Origin: Paramoeba atlantica
Taxonomy: Eukaryota; Protista; Discosea
DNA: 64,000 bases
NCBI GenBank assembly: GCA_977017575.1
Contig: CDRNVI010000029.1
Span: forward strand, 558,001-622,000
Reading direction: 5' to 3'
Shown: one piece after another, positions 1-11,031 of the stretch
Layout of the letters: the number at the start of each line of letters is the position of its first letter
Position numbering within the stretch: the stretch's first letter is position 1
Position numbers and translations under genes: made by a program
The notes under the pieces: generated by a model
The model's input: the letters and a program-made list of their open reading frames with translations, nothing else
What the model was told of the DNA's origin: nothing
The model's database searches: none

Positions 1-972
1 TTCACGACCGAACATTCAGAAAATAAGTCTTCGAAGCATCAAAACAGAAAGAAGTGCACCGAAGAGGTCATCGTTTCCCGTTGTTTTCTTCCAGTAACTC
101 ATTCAATCTGTTGGCCATTGGATACTGGAGTCACGGCGTATATCATTGACGAGTCTCTCTTATTTAGTTCAAAATCGGGGACGAAATTGACCGCGAGCCG
201 CACATTTGATCCTGCAGGATTTTTTAAAGCATCCTTCGACCCTCTCTATCCTTTTCGATACTGTATTCTTGTACGGAGCTCGTCACGTCCACCGTCTTCT
301 GCACTTTTAGGTACATGCTTCAACACGGAATCCGTAAATGTGGGAAAGTCCACTAAAATAAAGCCATCTTTCATTTACACCGAAGTGCTTTCTTCCTTGT
401 TAGAAAATGTTTTATCTATACACGAGAGTTCTCAGGACGATATGAATCATCGAGCACAGTTTGCAGCATCTCCCTTTTGTTTGCTATGTGCTTCGAACGA
501 GGCTAGCGTAGTCAATCACATTGTTTCAATAACGCATTATCTGCAACGTCTTAAGACAAAGCCACACACTTCATATTATGGAAAACGACGCAAACAACGA
601 AAGACAGCACAAGTAGAGGTAGACGATATCGTTCCGGGAAACGCGGATTCACTGATTGACACCAACGCAGAAGTTACAGAAAGCGTATTCATTCCTCAAA
701 TTCATCCCACGGGAAGGATTCGCACGAGTGACTGTGAAGTATACCATCGAATGTTATGCGAAATTCCGCAAATAAACGAAAAGCGCGCCCAAGCGATTCG
801 GCGAGTCTATCCTTCTTTAGTAAGTCTTCTAAATGCGTACGAATATTGCGTTACGGAAACAGGACGTCGAACGATGTTGCAGAATCTGTTGCAGTCACAC
901 GATGGATCCGTCCTGGGTGGTTCTATATCAGAAGAGGTCTACCGCGCTATGTGCCTAGGGTATAAAAATTAA
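1..972 (+). CDS. EME1: ERCC4-family crossover-junction endonuclease subunit, EME1-like (5' end outside window)
   Basis: Frame 1 is open from base 1 to TAA at 970-972. C-terminal MLCEIPQINEKRAQAIRRVYPSLVSLLNAY matches the EME1/MUS81 HhH region. Confidence 0.65.
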   Translation, partial: FTTEHSENKSSKHQNRKKCTEEVIVSRCFLPVTHSICWPLDTGVTAYIIDESLLFSSKSGTKLTASRTFDPAGFFKASFDPLYPFRYCILVRSSSRPPSSALLGTCFNTESVNVGKSTKIKPSFIYTEVLSSLLENVLSIHESSQDDMNHRAQFAASPFCLLCASNEASVVNHIVSITHYLQRLKTKPHTSYYGKRRKQRKTAQVEVDDIVPGNADSLIDTNAEVTESVFIPQIHPTGRIRTSDCEVYHRMLCEIPQINEKRAQAIRRVYPSLVSLLNAYEYCVTETGRRTMLQNLLQSHDGSVLGGSISEEVYRAMCLGYKN

Positions 973-1259
973 AATGGTATCATCCATGGAGGAAAATAGA
1001 CAGCAACATGTTTAATTAATTGCATGTTATTAATTCCGTTGCTTGTTTATCAAAAGCATGTTACCAATTGTTAATTATTATTAAATGCAGCTTAATTACT
1101 ATTCCACTAATCATATGCCGCAATATTTCACTACAGTAATTGCGGGGCGGGCGATAATCTCAAGGCATCTTGTAAATTTTATTCAAAAGGGTCCATCTAT
1201 TTCTACATCTGTTCTGTGGTTTCCTTGACACCGGCACTCTTATTTAGGAAGTACCTCAT

Positions 1260-2048
1260 ATGTGTAAGTCGAATATGGAGATTGACTTTCTTAGGCGAAA
1301 ACCGACAATCATACGAAATCTTTCAGAAGATTTTGAACACGCAGCCTTCGTTTCCATTATCTGTCGAGGAGAGCGGAACAAATCCGAAGTGCACGTCAAA
1401 CACGATTGCTCTCCTAAAGGAAGCGTTGACAATCGGTGCTGGCCAATTCTCAGAGTCTTAAACCTCACTCCATGTAAAAATTGTCCAATGGGTGATTACG
1501 TTACTACGAGTAGTTGTAGCGGGCGAATCGCTCTGTGGCGCGGTGTAGAAAAAGGTAAGGGCACATGGTTATTTACATCTCATGACTCGGTACCTTTGGA
1601 TAAAATAAGTCCTACGATTGCCAACGTCGACTCCAGAGATGAACATAACCTGGACAATGAACAGGTCTCCCCACCTGTAGGCTCACTTTGGAATATTCTG
1701 CAGGAAGGAACACAACAGGATCGTACCACGAACGTAGCGTGGACTTTTTTGAAGTTTGAGCCCTTTGTGGCGCACGTTCAATGTCGCACAATAGAAGCAG
1801 GGAAACTACTTCTCAGCAGTGCTTTGCAATGTGGATACAGACACAGTGGGCTACTTCTAGGGAAAAAACGTATTATTTGCACTATTCGTCAATCTACATC
1901 GATCGATACCCCGCTGGCTAAAGGACACAATATTTTCATCTCAAAAATTGGGTTAATCAATATTGTTGAAATGCTTAACTTCAGGCTAGAGGACAATCAC
2001 AGGCGTGTGGAATCCCTTCTTGATGAGTTAAAATGTATGATGGCGTGA
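1260..2048 (+). CDS. TYW3: tRNA wybutosine-synthesizing protein 3 (methyltransferase)
   Basis: KGSVD..CWPIL..LN, YVTTSSCSGRI, KFEPFVAHVQC and CGYRHSG motifs of TYW3. Confidence 0.9.
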   Translation: MCKSNMEIDFLRRKPTIIRNLSEDFEHAAFVSIICRGERNKSEVHVKHDCSPKGSVDNRCWPILRVLNLTPCKNCPMGDYVTTSSCSGRIALWRGVEKGKGTWLFTSHDSVPLDKISPTIANVDSRDEHNLDNEQVSPPVGSLWNILQEGTQQDRTTNVAWTFLKFEPFVAHVQCRTIEAGKLLLSSALQCGYRHSGLLLGKKRIICTIRQSTSIDTPLAKGHNIFISKIGLINIVEMLNFRLEDNHRRVESLLDELKCMMA

Positions 2049-2099
2049 GACCAAAAAATAGTTTTGTCTATCTATAAATTTATCCCGGTTGTTGTACTG

Positions 2100-2262
2100 T
2101 ACCTTATTTATCCCGGTTATACTGTACCCGCACTAGTTATCTATCGCACGGCAACCCCCCTGTTATCTGTCACTTTTTGGCCCTTTATTTTTGGTCGGTG
2201 ACTCCCCCCCCCCTAGTTACTATCCCCCTATCCTAGCTCTGCCCCGGCACCCCCCTTATTAG
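2100..2262. repeat. MITE-like remnant with (CCCC)TAGTTATCT-type motifs
   Basis: Motif copies (ctagttatctat, cctgttatctgtc, ccctagttac) shared with 31478-31585. Confidence 0.45.
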
Positions 2263-3411
2263 TGTTGCTTTTGAAGAGAATGCATCCTGCCGCGAAGTGG
2301 ATTTTTTTTTGTGGTATCATGTTCATGCAAAAATAAGAAAATACCATCCTCGAAATAATTGTGCACTACAACTACTAGACTCTACGCTATGTCTGAAGAT
2401 GCACCTGAGCATCGTGGACGGATGAGCAAATACATCGTTCGCAAACCCCCTTTGCGGAGAGGGTATCCCTTTGCGGGATAGTATTCGTCACACGTCAGGG
2501 TCTACGGGCTCGGTGCGGGTTCGGCGCAGGTTGAGACAAAAATCCTCTGAAAGCAGGCGAAATTAGTAGGAAATACAGACAATGAAGGAGTAAAATAACT
2601 AGATGGGAAGGAGAAAAAAACTAAGTGATAGCTAAGTGAAATTTATTTCACTATCGAAGTCATATTGGGGTTCTAATACAAGCAAACCCTACATAGCAAC
2701 AAATTCAATGTGAACAACATCCTGTACTCATGCAATATCGTGGTCTGTTCCATAAAAAGAGCGAAATTCATCGAAATTGGAAAAATAGCGCTCACTTTTG
2801 GAGCGAATCCAAGAATGCTTCGGTTGAACCGATATTAGTGTTCATCAAGACAACCTTTGTGTGGTGCCTTGAATTGAACAAGACTGGTTGCGCACCACCT
2901 GCTGCTTCTTAGAACAGAACTCTGCAACGTGCTTGTAAATGGGGATCCGGTTTAGTCCCCCCGGTACGGTACGAGGTCACAGGTATGGTAAGTTGCAGGG
3001 GTCTGAAAATCTACAAAATCTATAATTATAGTACTATACTAGTAGTATTATAATTTTTCAAATACTACACAAAAAATACTATACCATAAAAATCCATAAA
3101 TTTTAATAAGGATTTTTTGGCGGATTTGGATGAGTTATTCCCTCAAAAGAGAGTCCTAGATTACTATTGTACTTACTTAATGAAAGGAGAAGTATCTCTT
3201 GCTATTTATGTGAAGCGCATTCCCGTGCTATGATATCACGAGTATCATACCTGTAATATCATGGTATCAGATTATGAAGGTGGATTCATTTGTTTTTCTT
3301 TAAAATATTCTTCGCTAGACGGTAATTCTGCAAACTTGTCTGTAAGCTTGTCTTGTCTATGTATCCACAAAGAACGTATGGTTGTATCTTCTGCATTATT
3401 ACTTTTTCAAA

Positions 3412-4935
3412 ATGGGTTCTGGGGCAAGCAAATCTACGAGTGTCAGAAAACATAGCACAGATGAGAGTCGTGATTCAAAGACTGAAACAATGTCACCTTT
3501 GTCTCCAAAAATTTGTCGTCTACCCGACAAACCACTTCAAACCTTGCACAGTCCACAAGAGACGTTACCCCAGGACAATCGAGATACATGGAAAATGCGA
3601 GGGAACTGGAGTCATGAAATCCTCCAAAGCTTGAGTCAAATTCAGCAGGAAAACAAAGCGAATATGTCTCGTACGATTCGATATTCCCGACATTCTAAAT
3701 CTAAGGAAGTGTACCTGCCGAGTCGTCCAGCCCATGATAATTCCGCTGAACATGTACCTCGGCTCGACTTCTCGAGGTTATCTCAAAGAGCAGAGCATTC
3801 TTCCGTGAACTACTGCACCGCGGCCACTTCTCGTAGTCACTGCAATCCGAGGGGCGCTATTTCACATAAACTAGAAACGCCACATTCCATTGTTGCTACC
3901 GCAAGATTTGCATTTCCGAAATCTACGGCCCCCAAAGTTACAGAATCTTCATTCGGTACTTTGGCTGCCTCGCCAATGAAGTTATCCGGCAGTTCATATC
4001 AGAGTAATGAAATGCGAATAACATCTAACGTGGGAAAAAACTTCAGGAATAGAAACTATAATCAAGATCCGCGGCATAGAGAATACCAGCAGCCAGCACT
4101 CACGACACGTGTTGAAAAAGGCAATGTTGAACTAAAACATTTTCAAAAAGGTTTTACTTGTACAAGACCAAGCCTACGTAGGTCGGAGAACTTACCAGCC
4201 GCAACTTCCCGAACATCAAAAAGAGAAACCCCATGTAAAAAAGTAAGTCTTCAAGCTTCTGCAGATGCGAAGCAGTTTCGATTTGCTTTCTACTCAACTC
4301 CAACTAAAAAAATGCAAAAAACAAGTTTTAGAACGCCTGGCCCTCAGAATCGAATCCCACAACCGGTTTCTTTCCCCGGATCCGAACTATTCTCTTCATT
4401 TAATCGCAGTAATCGTCGTAGGGACCGCAGTGATGAGTACGCTTCTCATAAATTAACAGGGCCTAGCGAATCGCCTCTAGTGTCCGAAACTGCTGCTCAC
4501 CGCTCATTACATTCTACTGAAGGAAAGTATACGGCACATGATAGTGACGACGATTATGACATGAAAGCAATCCTCAGTGAAACCTACACTACAGCCAATA
4601 CTGCACAATCGCCAGACCACAAGTCATACCAGCCAAGTAGCATAACTAATGAAACATTATCAACTTCTGGAATGAAAAAAGTGGCTATTCTGCAGTCTCA
4701 GCTTACTCCAAGTCCGGCTCTTTACAGTCAAGATCATAGAAGGATTAGATCAGTGGTTTCTGCCGATAAAAGCTATCCTCCGTCAACGGAACCAGCAACC
4801 ATTGAAAATGCATCTAATTCAGAATTAACAGCGAGACCCGCTCTATTCTGCGTGGCCTGTGGATGGAAACATACGCGAGACAGTGCTCGTTTTTGTTGCC
4901 TTTGCGGCACCCCCCGAGAGTTATTATTCGGCTAA
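3412..4935 (+). CDS. Hypothetical low-complexity protein with N-myristoylation-like start and C-terminal zinc ribbon
   Basis: ATG at 3412 gives MGSGASKS; S/T/R-rich body; ends CVACGWKHTRDSARFCCLCG, like the ZC2HC1-type C-terminal ribbon. Confidence 0.7.
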   Translation: MGSGASKSTSVRKHSTDESRDSKTETMSPLSPKICRLPDKPLQTLHSPQETLPQDNRDTWKMRGNWSHEILQSLSQIQQENKANMSRTIRYSRHSKSKEVYLPSRPAHDNSAEHVPRLDFSRLSQRAEHSSVNYCTAATSRSHCNPRGAISHKLETPHSIVATARFAFPKSTAPKVTESSFGTLAASPMKLSGSSYQSNEMRITSNVGKNFRNRNYNQDPRHREYQQPALTTRVEKGNVELKHFQKGFTCTRPSLRRSENLPAATSRTSKRETPCKKVSLQASADAKQFRFAFYSTPTKKMQKTSFRTPGPQNRIPQPVSFPGSELFSSFNRSNRRRDRSDEYASHKLTGPSESPLVSETAAHRSLHSTEGKYTAHDSDDDYDMKAILSETYTTANTAQSPDHKSYQPSSITNETLSTSGMKKVAILQSQLTPSPALYSQDHRRIRSVVSADKSYPPSTEPATIENASNSELTARPALFCVACGWKHTRDSARFCCLCGTPRELLFG

Positions 4936-4985
4936 ATTCGGTGTTTTCTTCATGGGTTGTCAATATTTTCTTTTTCATAAAAATA

Positions 4986-5732
4986 CAGTGGTGATCAGCG
5001 TCTTTTACCCCCCCCCCTACAGGTCTTGTATTTTGTCCGATTTTGGAAATATTTGGTATACCACCGTTTTTGACCAAATCGTTCCGAATCCGAGGTCTTT
5101 TTCACTCGAGCGATCCCCTACCCCCCCTAGCCATATAGGGGTCAAAAAGCCAATTACAACTTTTTCGGGTGTGCGTTTTGAAATGTTTCGGATGAAGAAC
5201 AGTAGTAAATTAGGTCAGCAGACGTGGAAAAGGAGTGCAAAGTAATCTCAAGTATTTAATCATATGTCCTTTGGCCCCCTTCACTAAAAATAAATGCTTA
5301 CGATAGTCCCGGAAGATATTCGTAAGCGTTTCCGGTTGATCTTCAGGAAAAAACGAAAAGTTTCAATGATGGACCAGGGGATAAGTTTATGAAGACTTGC
5401 GACTGCCTTATAGGACTTAAATCGCTTATAATAAATTACGGGTATCGTGCGTATCTCGGGGCGCACTCGGAAGGAAGGTAAACAGAGGGGGTCGTGCTTC
5501 TTCATCATGAATCACCAAACATGCACCATTTTTGAAAAAAATGCAATCTATGGAAAATTTATCGACTTTTTTGCAGATTCCTTTTCAGTTTAGGTATGAT
5601 ACAGGTGTTCACGAGTGAAAGGGACCTCGGATTCGGAACGTTTGGGTCGAAAAACAGTCCGCGACAAAATAATTTCAAAATCGGACAAAATGCAAGACCT
5701 GTAGGGGGGGCAAAAGACGCTGAACACCACTG
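4986..5732. mobile_element. Tc1/mariner/pogo-type MITE, family A copy 1
   Basis: TA|CAGTGGTG...CACCACTG|TA, ~135-bp imperfect TIRs, no ORF; inverted copy at 33663-34453. Confidence 0.9.
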
Positions 5733-5743
5733 TAGATACAGTA

Positions 5744-5860
5744 CTGTGCCCCCCCCCACTTATAGTGCCGCGGTTTTCGACCAAACGGCACTATAAGTGG
5801 GGGGCGTAGTATTTTTCAGGTCGAGGGTGAAAATTTTCCGCCCTCGAAATAACGATAAAG
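5744..5860. mobile_element. MITE end, family B (terminal hairpin ccccccacttatagtgccg...cggcactataagtgggggg)
   Basis: Begins TA|CTGTGCCCC; reverse-complement copy at about 39262-39370 ends CACAG|TA. Confidence 0.7.
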
Positions 5861-6527
5861 ACGAATAACTTCGTCACTGCATGCTTACCATTTATTTTTT
5901 GGACCTATTTAAGGTGCACTTTCCTTAAAATTGTCTTTCGCTCTTTGTTAAAGCTTCTCTGGCGCTTTCTTCCTTTGAGGCCGTGATTAATGATTGATAA
6001 GAAGAGGCACCGTTGCTTTTAAACCCCCCGCACACTTATTATTCCGGATTTTTTCGCCCCCATTTTCCGGAATAATAAGTGTGCGCGAACACTTATTATT
6101 CCGGAAATTTTAGGGCCGTGTACTGCCATCCACCTGTTTCAACCCTCTAAGCATCATATTTTTGCTACTTACACGACTCCGTTCTATCATTTTTCTTTGC
6201 ACAGGTTGTAAAATGTTTGACCGTATTTTCTTGTAAGGGTGGTAATGGGCAGGAGATGGGATTCCCGTGAGGGCTAAGGTGCTTTTCCTCTAGATTTGCC
6301 AATGTTTCTTCACCCCCTTTAACATGAAAACAAAGAATATTTCGAAGAACTTGCCCAATACGCTGTGCGATATAAACGTTTGTCCAGATATAGCTTTCGT
6401 AATCAACCTGCCCCCCCTAATACAGTATGCGCCTCGGAAGTTCGAAAAACGCACAGGACATAAAAGCGCCGCGAAGCAACGCATTTTTTTTTTTTTTGGG
6501 GGGGGGGGGGGGGCGGGTTCTCCACCC

Positions 6528-6597
6528 TATTACGCCCTCCCCCTTAATATGCACAAACCCCAAAAACGTGTGCATATTAAAGGGGGGGTCACAGTAA
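6528..6597. mobile_element. MITE end, family C (hairpin ccccttaatatgcac...gtgcatattaaagggg, ending CAG|TA)
   Basis: Near-identical copy at about 58690-58754. Confidence 0.65.
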
Positions 6598-6736
6598 TGT
6601 TTCGACGGTACGTGGAAAATGAATTTACTTTAGTATTTGATATTTCCATCTCTTACTAGTAGATCTACGTACGTGTATATTTTTCTCTTGCCCTGTGCAT
6701 TAATTCAATTTTTCATCCTCTATCACTTCTTTTTCT

Positions 6737-8032
6737 ATGAAGCAAGAGCTAGTACAATCGCTCCTAGAATTACGTCACGCACTTTGTCTAACACGTGAAA
6801 AAGCATTGGACAAATTAAATCCGATGAAAAAATCGCAAGTACTGGTAAATCAAATTCTGCTGTGGAAGGCGCTTGGCGAGAAAACAAGGGAAGTAATAAG
6901 TTGTTTGCGAACTCATGCCCCTTGCGAAGGGCTTTCAGCCACAACACCTATTGCTCAAAAGTACATTGCGTTCTTGAATCGAAGCAGCACTCTGCGAGAC
7001 GCTCTTGAGCACTCGATCGAAATTTTAGAAACCGCGTTGTTGATGAAAAAAGGGGAATTAAACGACTTTGATCTGTCTGAAGCGAGTAAAATTTGTGACT
7101 CTTGGCTCACATTTCAGGATAACGTTGTTTGTGAAATTTCAAGTTTGGAAAAGGAAGCCACAACTCTGGATAATCACGCCCGAACTACTGTTGAAGAACT
7201 TCACACTCGCTTTCATACTTGGCAAGACTTGATCCAACCATCCTGCACAATTGTTCAACGCGAAATCCTTCGTAGAAAAACGTTTCGTGATGACATTGTT
7301 GTGTTTCGCGAACAAAAACTTGCTTTATTAGCGTGGTGTAGGAAAGAATTTCAGCTCCTTACAGAAATGGAATCTGCCGCACATACTTCAGAATTTTGTG
7401 CATCTTTGCATTCAAACGCTGTCGCAATGTCGCAAAATTTACGTTTATTAACCCATTTTACTGCCTCATTGTTATCTTCTAAGGAGGTGCAGCATGGTAT
7501 AGTAGAGTTATGTTCCGCGTGGTTTGAACTACAGTCCTCGTCGTATGAACGTATGCGCGAAGCGGTCTTGAAGGTTCATCTAGACTCTGATGTGTGCAAG
7601 ACCTTTTCCTCCTTTGAAAAGGGCACAAATAAACTTAACGACTTCTTGAACGCGATTCCAGAGAGCATGTGTGATGACGAAAGTAACCACTCCCCGATGT
7701 GGAAAGTTTCGGCTAAGTGGAAGGAAAATTACGAAGGCACTATTTCCTGTGAGGGACTTCTAGCAATCTGTAAAGATTTTTCTTTGAATGTAGAACTAGC
7801 AAATGTGTGTTTTACTACTCTTAAGGAAGCTCTAACTGCGCCACTCTCCAAGTTGTCCCAGCTGCTACTCATATTAGAGCACGATAATCATGAAGCGGAG
7901 CCCGTTAGAAAGGAACTAGAGATCACGGCTGTATGTAATAACGCGAGCACTCGAAAGGAAGGATGGATCGATATTCTTGAACGCACGAATCGATTATCAC
8001 ATATCCTAGAATCGCACAAAAATAGAATCTAG
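6737..8032 (+). CDS. Hypothetical helical/coiled-coil protein (431 aa)
   Basis: Long ATG-started ORF on the gene strand after a pyrimidine tract; no motif recognised. Confidence 0.75.
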   Translation: MKQELVQSLLELRHALCLTREKALDKLNPMKKSQVLVNQILLWKALGEKTREVISCLRTHAPCEGLSATTPIAQKYIAFLNRSSTLRDALEHSIEILETALLMKKGELNDFDLSEASKICDSWLTFQDNVVCEISSLEKEATTLDNHARTTVEELHTRFHTWQDLIQPSCTIVQREILRRKTFRDDIVVFREQKLALLAWCRKEFQLLTEMESAAHTSEFCASLHSNAVAMSQNLRLLTHFTASLLSSKEVQHGIVELCSAWFELQSSSYERMREAVLKVHLDSDVCKTFSSFEKGTNKLNDFLNAIPESMCDDESNHSPMWKVSAKWKENYEGTISCEGLLAICKDFSLNVELANVCFTTLKEALTAPLSKLSQLLLILEHDNHEAEPVRKELEITAVCNNASTRKEGWIDILERTNRLSHILESHKNRI

Positions 8033-8704
8033 CATTGAAAAGACAGAGGTTAGGATATAGTGAAGAATATATCAAGGTAGATCTAGCGTGAACTATGTGT
8101 CTAGTCTACTAGAATTGTGTGCGTGCTTCGTTTAACGCATATTAGTAGTAAAATGTTGTAAAAAACCTTAAAATGTTTCACAAATTGATAAATGATAGTG
8201 CAATGATTCATTGTTGCTGGTTCAGTTTATTATTGAAACGTCAAGGACTTGGAACAATCAAGTACAAGTTTGATGCATAGTATCAGGAAACCTATAAATT
8301 ATTAACGGTTTCATTTTTTGGATATTTCTTTGTTCTTCTTTGCATACATGCTTATGAATAATCCAGGACAAAAAGTCAGCTCTCCACGGAGTAATTCTTA
8401 GATATCTGAGGCGAGTGTTACACATGTCCGAGATCAGAAGAAATTTCTTCTCAAAAAATGAAATATATTGCACGTTTTCTTTAGTAGAGGATAATACATA
8501 GAGGTATATTGTTATTGCGGGGGTTGTTTACAAGCTCTGCCTCTCCCTTCTTTATGGTATCCGGGGTAGGGTTTCGCCAGAAGAGTGAGAAAAGGAGGTC
8601 CAGCCTCCCTCCCCCCCTATGGTCGATTTGTAGTTCGAATCCCGGTTCGAATCCACAAGATGCGTCATATCGGTGAGCCTAGAAACGTACGTCTCGGGAT
8701 TCGA

Positions 8705-8778
8705 GCGCAGGTAGTCCAGTTGGTAACACCTGCCATAAAAATAATCTGGTGGTCGCAGGTTCGACTCCCGGTGGTTAT
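8705..8778 (+). promoter_or_regulatory. tRNA-like Pol III A box and B box without a tRNA cloverleaf
   Basis: TAGTCCAGTTGG at 8712 and GGTTCGACTCC at 8758; acceptor and D stems do not pair. Confidence 0.4.
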
Positions 8779-9668
8779 ATTTTCAGCCATGCGCGACGTC
8801 GTTAGTGGGAAAGAGTTTGCGAAGCGGGAGGATTTTGCGAAGCAGCTACCACACCGAGATCACCTTTGCCTTTCTTTTGCACTCAGTCCCCGATCAATTT
8901 TTTTGTGGGGCGTGGTATATCTGGATAAGACTACCACACACATATAGAAAGGGCGGTAGAGAGGCATGGTTCATCTGAAGACGATCTGTGGTATGGTATG
9001 GTACAGTGATTTAGATCCTCTAAAGGTAAAAACTATTTTATCGCCTAAACGGAAACCCAGTCGCCTAGCGTTATTAGTTAAAAAGATTTACATTGTCCTG
9101 TACAGAAAAAAACAGTGTCATCGTTTAGAATAACTCCTCTTATCTTCCTCTTCGGTATGTTTTTGCTCTGAAGCTAGTCCTAGCTTTCTGTAGCTTTCTG
9201 TGTGATCGAACACACGATTCAGAACTTTGATTGGGTCCGTACTATCAGGATTTATTGATGTTCTTGCAGTTTTCAGGATGTTTAAGTTTATATTGGATAC
9301 TCGCATACTATTTTGTACTAAAGCTTTTGCAGTAAAGGTCATACAAGTCAGCTCCTCTTTGAGTCTGTAAAAGATATTCGAGATGAGTGTTACTGGTGCC
9401 CGAGATCACTTGCCGTGTACTCCAAATTCTTACAGCTGTACATGAATATTTCGCTTTTTGATAATAATAATCGCCACAGCTGTGATCATAATTGTCCATA
9501 CTGTGACCCAACTTTTTATAAGCACACCCCCTCAATCTTTTTCATTATTCATTGATGATTTTATAACAAATACCTTTATTAATATTGAATCTATATTAAA
9601 TAGCTTACCACCAATAAATTTAACATTTTTTACTCGTGTCTTAATTACTTAATTTTTTCGATTCACCA

Positions 9669-9824
9669 ATGGGAGCAGTCCGTAGCCTTTCCATTAAATT
9701 AAAGCATGCGAAAAAGATGCGTCAGAACCGACCGGTGCCCTATTGGATTCGACTTCGCAACGTTCACGCGGTACGGTACAATTCTAAACGCCGGCACTGG
9801 AGACGTGGTAAGCTAGGGTGGTAA
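9669..9824 (+). CDS. RPL39: 60S ribosomal protein L39 (eL39), below the ORF-track cutoff
   Basis: Translated by hand: [51 protein letters not shown], 51 aa, with the QNRPxP-W and RYNxKRRHWRR signature. Confidence 0.95.
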   Translation: MGAVRSLSIKLKHAKKMRQNRPVPYWIRLRNVHAVRYNSKRRHWRRGKLGW

Positions 9825-10198
9825 GACGTTTGGCAAGGAGCAAAAAGAAGAAAAGAAAGCGTTTCAAGTGGTTAAGTTTCATGGAACAAAGGAATAAAGA
9901 TGTATTTGCCAAATGCAGGGCCGCTATACGGAGAACTGTCTTTATCTAACTTATGTGAACGGTTTCTTCCTCTTCTACGTACAATTTATTTGGCTCTTCA
10001 TTTCTCACTAAGTTGTAATATGTTTCAAGCATTTAATTTGTCTTCCAAGGACAAAATATTTGAGAGTTGTTTTTAATCCTTTTTTGCTTCAAGTATGTTC
10101 TAGCAGACATATGGGATTGTACCTTATTTTCACATTTTCGGCTATCGCAATCCTTATTTTACAGTCCATTCCTATAAATGACGTAGTGTGGGCATCAA

Positions 10199-10687
10199 AT
10201 GCCAGGCATTTTTTATTCTTCCGACTTTGGAAGTAGTTCGTCTCTCTCTGTATTTCGCGATCCCGTTGCATACGCGGCGGCCAGTGTTTTCTTACTGACA
10301 ACTGCAACACAAGTGTGGCCTAACACTTTTCTCGACCCTTTCTTTAGGGGAAAGATTTACTTTAGCTACCCAGCTCAACGATTGATGTTACCTGGGCTCG
10401 GCATTCCATTCTCCGGGTATTGTCTATCTTCGAACTTACTGCAAGACGGAGAACTTGTTCGGGGTCATTCTCTGTCTTTGCTTACTTGTATGTATATGAC
10501 ACTTTGGAGTCTACCAAGCCACAAGCTTACTATGTGGTATACTTCGATAGGTCTTAGCGCAATTATGCTTGGCTATTTTTACAATTACAAGGCGCTGGTC
10601 CTTTACACTGAGGGAGCACCGTGGTGGACGGAACAGGATTGGAGGGAAATAATTGGAGACAAAAGAAAACACGAAACTGTCGCGTGA
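10199..10687 (+). CDS. Hypothetical small multi-pass membrane protein
   Basis: 162 aa with several hydrophobic segments, on the gene strand. Confidence 0.65.
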   Translation: MPGIFYSSDFGSSSSLSVFRDPVAYAAASVFLLTTATQVWPNTFLDPFFRGKIYFSYPAQRLMLPGLGIPFSGYCLSSNLLQDGELVRGHSLSLLTCMYMTLWSLPSHKLTMWYTSIGLSAIMLGYFYNYKALVLYTEGAPWWTEQDWREIIGDKRKHETVA

Positions 10688-11031
10688 AAGTCGTTGCAAT
10701 TCAAGACAATGTAAATATCGCATCATACGCTAAAGTATGTATGTACCTTGCGTCATGTGCTACTCACAGGATGGCATTGCTACACATGGTACAGGGGTTT
10801 TCTGTACAGGATCTCTTCTAGGCCACGGTACTTATTTCGCTGCACTGCATACTTTTAGACATACAGTTGTAGTTCTCCAAATATGTTCTAATATGACTTT
10901 CTCTCTTGTCTACCACTCCGTGAAGTCGAGTGCTATAAGCTTCGTTAAGTTTTCCGCAGCTTACTGGATAAAAAATGAAACATTTATCAATTTATCTACT
11001 CTTCTAACATAAATTATCTGAGTTTGGCAGA

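Noticed and set aside
8400-8620. snRNA gene divergent from the A/B boxes
   Set aside because: No U2, U4, U6 or 7SL signature could be recognised by eye.
9061-9085. SL-like AACTAATAACGCTA on the minus strand
   Set aside because: Lacks the conserved AGTTTCTGTAC core; likely a chance match.
9118-9535. Helitron helicase relic
   Set aside because: Only a vague APVTLISNI resemblance; no other helicase motifs.
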